Below are positions 61,759 through 64,000 of a DNA stretch of 64,000 nucleotides, one piece after another. Origin of the DNA: Podarcis cretensis (lineage: Eukaryota); contig OX638156.1 in NCBI GenBank assembly GCA_951804945.1, positions 38,626,001 to 38,690,000 of the forward strand. Reading direction: 5' to 3'. Position 1 is the first letter of the stretch. Every line of letters starts with the position of its first letter. Both the position numbers and the translations under genes were made by a program. The notes under the pieces were generated by a model. The model made no database searches and was not told where the DNA came from. It was given only the letters and a program-made list of their open reading frames with translations.

Positions 61759-64000
61759 GTCTAGGTGGACTCCACACGGGGTGTTGCTGTTATTACAATA
61801 AATATTTTTTGGTTGCTTTCCCCAAAACGCAAAGTGCCTTACAAAACCAAACCTTAAAAGCAGATAGAAAACCAAGAAGCAACACAACCTAAAATTCTCA
61901 CCACAACATGCACAGATCCACCCTGTGTGAGAGCTAGTGCCGTGTAGTGGTTAAGGCTTTGGGAGATGGTCCTTGATGGACCATGAAGCTCACTGGGGCT
62001 GATCACTGCCTCTGGGACTAACCCTCTTCACAGAGTTATGTGCCACTTTGAGCTCCTTGGAGGAAAAGGTGGGGTGTAAATGAAATAAGTAAACAACAAT
62101 AATAAACTCCGCTCTAAAATATGTAGAAAGTCCTACGTCCTGGGTTAATAAAACCATTTTTGCCTGCTGCATAAAAACAGATGGTGATGTTGCCAGGTGT
62201 GCCTCCCCAGGGAAAGCAGATGCCATGAACTGGCAGGGCAACAGGGAGGAGGAAGAGGATCCCATTGAGCCGGAACTGGGACACACCAGGGCAAGCTGGG
62301 GGTGGGGAAGGAGATGTTGGTGTAGGAAATACTCACGGGGTGACAGAGGAGGACAAGGGGCTGGGGTCAGTGCATAGGAACCAGAACAGCAGGACCCAAC
62401 CCCAGAGCAAGAGGGGCCCCTGTCTCCAAGAACACACCAGGCTTTGAGGAGTAGAGGACACTCCAGGAGGCTGAGTCAGGCAAGGGCCCACAGCCCTGCT
62501 CACTAGGCCAGGTGGGGCTTACTAGCTCTGGAAGCAGGTGTGTGATTACTTAGCTGGAGTAGGCACAGGACAGGTGAGGCCAGATCAAGCCCAGATGCTG
62601 CAATCAGCATGAAAAGTATTAAAGGGCAGCAGAGCTGAGGGGATGTGTCTGCTCAACTGCCCATGTCGATGGACCTCAGCTTGGATGCAGCAAGATCTCT
62701 GCAGGACTGTGCTTCAATTTTGGACCTTGGACATGTGGAGTGACCCTGGACTGGGGACTTGGCATACTGACTTGCTGCCAGGTAGTCCAGGGGTCCAGGA
62801 TAGCATTCCACAAATGGGGAGCCACCACTGAAAAGGCCTGGTCTTGTGCTGCCCTTCTCCACACTTCCTTTGGAGAAGGGCTTCAGATGATTCGGTTCAT
62901 GTGGGGAGAGGTGGCCTTTGAGGCACTGGGTTCCTGAGCCACATAAGGCTTTTAGGGCAAAGATGGCACTTTGAATTGGGCACAGAAACTAAGTTGAGGC
63001 TCTTGTGTAGAAATAAAAAGTGGTACCCAGGGCTGTTTCTCCTGCTTCTCCAGGAACTGCAGCTGATAAAGGCACTCTGACAACTAGGTGAAAAGTCTGT
63101 GCATGAGGCAATTTTGAAGCAAACTCAGATGCTCTCGATCTGCTGGGGCTTTGGGCAGGGATCAAGCATGAAACCTCAAGGAGCCCCTGTGCTTATGTAC
63201 CTTCCCCTGGGAAGTGCAGACAGCCAAGGCTTCCTGACAACCAGGCTTTGCAGGAAAGCCTTTGAATGTGTTGGAGTTTGATAAACATGCTGCAGTGGTG
63301 AGCAGGAAGAAATAAGATTGTTGAAGGGATAAGCCATGCAGAATGTCCCAGATTCAATCCCCAGTGTCTTCATGCAGGGCTGAGAGAGACACCTGGACAG
63401 AGTCATACCTAGGCTCCCTTGTTCCCTTGGATGCATCTTATGATAAATATAATAATAATAATCCCCAGCAGCACCTCCAGGTAGGGCTGGGACTGGGAGA
63501 GACCCCTGATACCCTGGAGAACAGCTGCCAATTTACTGTAGACAATTGCTACCTGCTTTTTTTTAATAGAATTTTAGTTCTAAATGAACCTTTGCAGCCT
63601 TGGAGCATGGGCTGAGAAGCAAAGAAACGATCAGCTTGGCTCAGGTTTGCAACTGATCGAATCAGTGGAACATCCTGGAAAGCAAGGAAAGGGCCAGTAG
63701 GGGCTGGAGCAAGCCAGCTGCAAAAGCAAAGGAGCCCCATGGAATGCAGGCTGGTGCGAGGAAAGCGGAGCCTCTTTGCCCACCCTTTCCGCCAGGCTGG
63801 GTCGGGAGAAACCACAGCTAGAAAGCGGCACTGTTTCCTCAGGAACAAGTTCCCAGAAATATACTCGGAAATTACAGGGGGCTGCAGTGCAAGTAGGGAG
63901 CTTCCAAGACCAGCAGGAAAGATCTATATCTGCTTGAGAGGTGGTTATGCCAGAAATGCATGCACACACACAGGCAGGTCTATATGCTGAAAGAGCAGAG

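Noticed and set aside
62221-62650. Possible Gypsy-type LTR fragment (TG-start, TATTAAAGG) or upstream fibulin exon (donor-like site near 62336)
   Set aside because: I found no matching 3' terminus or TSD and cannot choose between the two readings without a repeat library or RNA data.

Overview
Eukaryotic (vertebrate) genomic DNA. The repeat repertoire (Squam-type SINEs, CR1/L2 LINEs, hAT and Tigger-like MITEs) points to a squamate, probably a lacertid lizard; this is an inference. I built three spliced genes by hand from GT-AG junctions. (1) The last 17 coding exons and ~3.9 kb 3'UTR of GLG1 (+ strand; 5' part lies outside the window). (2) A complete PDPR gene (+): CpG-island promoter at ~25.3-26.1 kb, 17 coding exons, 879 codons. 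(3) A complete fibulin-7-like gene (-): 8 coding exons, 427 codons, tail-to-tail with PDPR, with a likely CpG-island promoter at ~60.6-61.5 kb. There are four main observations. A young LINE in a GLG1 intron has its 5' half inverted, with a 12-bp TSD that overlaps the element's own coding sequence (twin-priming signature). A splice donor overlapping the GLG1 stop codon and a strong downstream acceptor could give a 43-aa extended cytoplasmic tail. An exact 30-nt copy of PDPR coding sequence sits upstream of the PDPR promoter. The fibulin gene looks like an FBLN7 paralogue rather than FBLN7 itself. No prokaryotic features (CRISPR, operons) and no bona fide tRNA/rRNA genes were found. Nearly all short ORFs in the track are noise. 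All homology calls come from recalled sequences and motifs, not from database searches.
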